From Pseudomonadota bacterium (lineage in GTDB: Bacteria; Pseudomonadota; Alphaproteobacteria; Rhizobiales; Rhizobiaceae), in the NCBI GenBank assembly GCA_023390055.1, contig JAEWDP010000075.1, positions 19,821 through 83,820 on the forward strand: 64,000 nucleotides of DNA, written 5' to 3'. Below are positions 62,119 through 64,000 of this stretch, in pieces (position 1 is the stretch's first letter; each line of letters begins with the position of its first letter). A program made the position numbers and the translations under genes. A model generated the notes under the pieces. It searched no databases. It was given only the letters and a program-made list of their open reading frames with translations, and was not told where the DNA came from.

Positions 62119-63729
62119 ATGCAGGAGACCGGACTTTACAATCCGTCCAATGGAGTAGCGGCGATTGGCTTCACCGATGTTTCCCGTGTCAAATATAATC
62201 TCCTGGAACCGGAGCTTTACGAAGAAGCGCTCCGCAACCAGGAGGCTGATCTGACCATTGATGGCGCGTTGCGCGCGGTCACAGGTCAGCATACGGGGCG
62301 TTCACCGAAGGATAAGTTCATCGTCAGCGACGCAACCACCGATAATTCCATCTGGTGGGATAGCAATAAGGCAATACTTCCAGAGCAGTTCGAACGGCTC
62401 AGACAGGATATGCTGGCCCATGCGGCTGGCAAGACACTTTACGTACAGGATCTGATCGGTGGTGCTGATCCGGAGAACGCTCTACCAACACGCGTGATCA
62501 CCGAGCTGGCATGGCATGCGCTGTTTATCCGCAATCTTCTCATACGCCCGAGCCGTGCATCTCTGGAAGCATTCATCCAGAAACTCACGATCATAAATCT
62601 TCCAAGTTTTCGCGCAGATCCCGATCGCCATGGTTGCCGATCGGAAACAGTGGTTGCCTGCGATTTGTCTCAGGGTATCGTGCTTATTGGCGGTACGTCT
62701 TATGCAGGTGAGAACAAGAAATCAGTATTCACGGTACTGAACTATTTGCTTCCATCGAAGCGCGTGATGCCAATGCATTGCTCGGCAAATGTCGGTCCTG
62801 ACGGGGATGCGGCTGTTTTCTTTGGCCTTTCGGGTACGGGCAAGACGACATTGTCGGCTGATCCAAGTCGTACCTTGATCGGCGATGACGAACATGGCTG
62901 GGGCGAGGATGGCATTTTCAACTTTGAAGGTGGCTGTTACGCCAAGGCAATCCGTCTATCGGCGGAGGCTGAGCCTGAAATCTATGCGGCAACCCGACGT
63001 TTCGGAACCGTCCTTGAGAATGTCGTTCTTGATCAGGATCGAAAACCGGATTTGGATGATGCGTCTCTGACAGAAAACACACGCAGTGCCTACCCACTGC
63101 ATTTCATTCCAAACGCATCAAAGACCGGGATCGCATCCCACCCCAGAACAATTATCATGCTGACTGCGGATGCTTTCGGTGTCATGCCGCCGATTGCCAG
63201 GCTGACGCCGGAACAGGCGATGTATCATTTCCTTTCCGGCTATACTGCCAAGGTTGCCGGCACGGAAAAGGGAGTGACTGAGCCGGAAGCTACATTCTCA
63301 ACCTGTTTCGGTGCTCCATTCATGCCGCGACACCCGACGGAATACGGAAACCTGCTCCGAGACCTGATTGACCTTCACGGTGTCGATTGCTGGCTGGTCA
63401 ATACCGGCTGGACCGGAGGCTCCTATGGTATCGGACGTCGTATGCCGATCAAGGTAACGCGAGCATTGCTGACAGCCGCGCTCACGGGTGATCTCAAGCG
63501 GTCCGAGTTCCGTACGGATCGGAACTTTGGCTTTGCGGTCCCGATCACCGTAGAAGGCGTCGAGGAATCGATCCTCGATCCTCGATCAACCTGGGCCGAT
63601 CCAGAGGCTTACGATGTTCAGGCAGAGAAGCTTGTCTCGATGTTCACTGCCAATTTCGAGAAATTTGAGGATCACGTCGACAGCAAGGTTCGCGACGCTG
63701 CTCCGGGATTTCCTGCGGCAGCAGAGTAG
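62119..63729 (+). CDS. pckA: phosphoenolpyruvate carboxykinase (ATP)
   Basis: 536 aa from ATG 62119 (AAGGGAAGGAAAG upstream) with kinase-1a motif [11 protein letters not shown]. It is divergent from chvI. Confidence 0.96.
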   Translation: MQETGLYNPSNGVAAIGFTDVSRVKYNLLEPELYEEALRNQEADLTIDGALRAVTGQHTGRSPKDKFIVSDATTDNSIWWDSNKAILPEQFERLRQDMLAHAAGKTLYVQDLIGGADPENALPTRVITELAWHALFIRNLLIRPSRASLEAFIQKLTIINLPSFRADPDRHGCRSETVVACDLSQGIVLIGGTSYAGENKKSVFTVLNYLLPSKRVMPMHCSANVGPDGDAAVFFGLSGTGKTTLSADPSRTLIGDDEHGWGEDGIFNFEGGCYAKAIRLSAEAEPEIYAATRRFGTVLENVVLDQDRKPDLDDASLTENTRSAYPLHFIPNASKTGIASHPRTIIMLTADAFGVMPPIARLTPEQAMYHFLSGYTAKVAGTEKGVTEPEATFSTCFGAPFMPRHPTEYGNLLRDLIDLHGVDCWLVNTGWTGGSYGIGRRMPIKVTRALLTAALTGDLKRSEFRTDRNFGFAVPITVEGVEESILDPRSTWADPEAYDVQAEKLVSMFTANFEKFEDHVDSKVRDAAPGFPAAAE

Positions 63730-63750
63730 CAACTTCATACCTCGATTGAA

Positions 63751-63782
63751 ATCGCCGGCTTTACGGCCCGGCGGTTTCTTTC
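63751..63782 (+). terminator. rho-independent terminator of pckA
   Basis: Stem CGCCGG / CCGGCG followed by GTTTCTTTCG. Confidence 0.7.
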
Positions 63783-63822
63783 GCCTCCCGTTTATGAGAT
63801 AGCGGCGGTGGAGGCGGAGATC

Positions 63823-64000
63823 ATGGCCAGCAACGCGCTATACGTCAGTAGTCAAATTACCATTGCCGGTTGGGAGTTGACCGAGCAGTTTGTCCTGGCT
63901 GGTGGACCGGGAGGACAAAACGTCAACAAGGTCTCGACTGCTGTCCAGCTTTTCTTCGATGTTCTCAACTCGCCGTCGATATCGCAGCGGGTGAAGTCCA
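63823..64000 (+). CDS. arfB: alternative ribosome-rescue factor ArfB (peptidyl-tRNA hydrolase, GGQ family), first 59 codons only
   Basis: Absent from the ORF track because it is open at the right edge. ATG 63823 has GGAGG 7 nt upstream, and my translation is MASNALYVSSQITIAGWELTEQFVLAGGPGGQNVNKVSTAVQLFFDVLNSPSISQRVKS. The GGQ motif and NKVSTAV context are typical of ArfB/YaeJ. Confidence 0.8.
   Translation, partial: MASNALYVSSQITIAGWELTEQFVLAGGPGGQNVNKVSTAVQLFFDVLNSPSISQRVKS

Overview
This window looks like core chromosome from an alphaproteobacterium, probably Hyphomicrobiales/Rhizobiales. The evidence is the synteny pckA / chvI-chvG-hprK-EIIA(Man)-HPr-ahcY, the presence of minCDE, and the block parB-parA-rsmG-mnmG-mnmE-rho-hemJ-hemE. 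It spans the probable replication origin. About 59 protein genes are densely packed, many with 4-nt ATGA/GTGA overlaps, and nearly all are recognisable housekeeping functions:
- rsmB, htpX, acs, minCDE, a prpE-like ligase, yggS, leuS-lptE-holA
- parAB, rsmG, mnmG, mnmE, rho, hemJ, hemE
- PPDK/PEP-synthase regulatory protein, maf, aroE, coaE, dnaQ, secB, fxsA
- Tim44-like, mltA, smr, HTH, gyrB, FAH-family, phaZ
- trpFBA, accD, folC, trxA, addAB, murU-like, a tsaE-kinase fusion, a PAS histidine kinase
- ahcY, the regulatory PTS genes, chvGI, pckA, arfB

Two partial genes at the window edges are missing from the ORF track, and I recovered them by hand. I found no tRNA or rRNA genes, CRISPR arrays, transposases, integrases, prophage genes or recognisable defence islands.

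The structure that the ORFs do not explain is replication/segregation architecture:
1. An AT-rich hemE-proximal intergenic region with five near-consensus DnaA boxes, which I call as candidate oriC. Gene orientation flips there.
2. Six parS-like 16-mers (TGTTNCACGTGAAACA) spread from -15.7 kb to +10.4 kb around it. One is perfect, three sit inside or across coding sequence, and two form an inverted twin just after gyrB.
3. A perfect CtrA-type TTAA-N7-TTAAC box upstream of minC.

I see no convincing evidence for a previously undescribed multi-gene system. The less well understood items are modest and are scored that way: the Tim44-like/mltA/smr/HTH overlapping module, the tsaE-kinase fusion coupled to an orphan PAS kinase, and palindromes in the chvI-pckA and ptsH-ahcY spacers.
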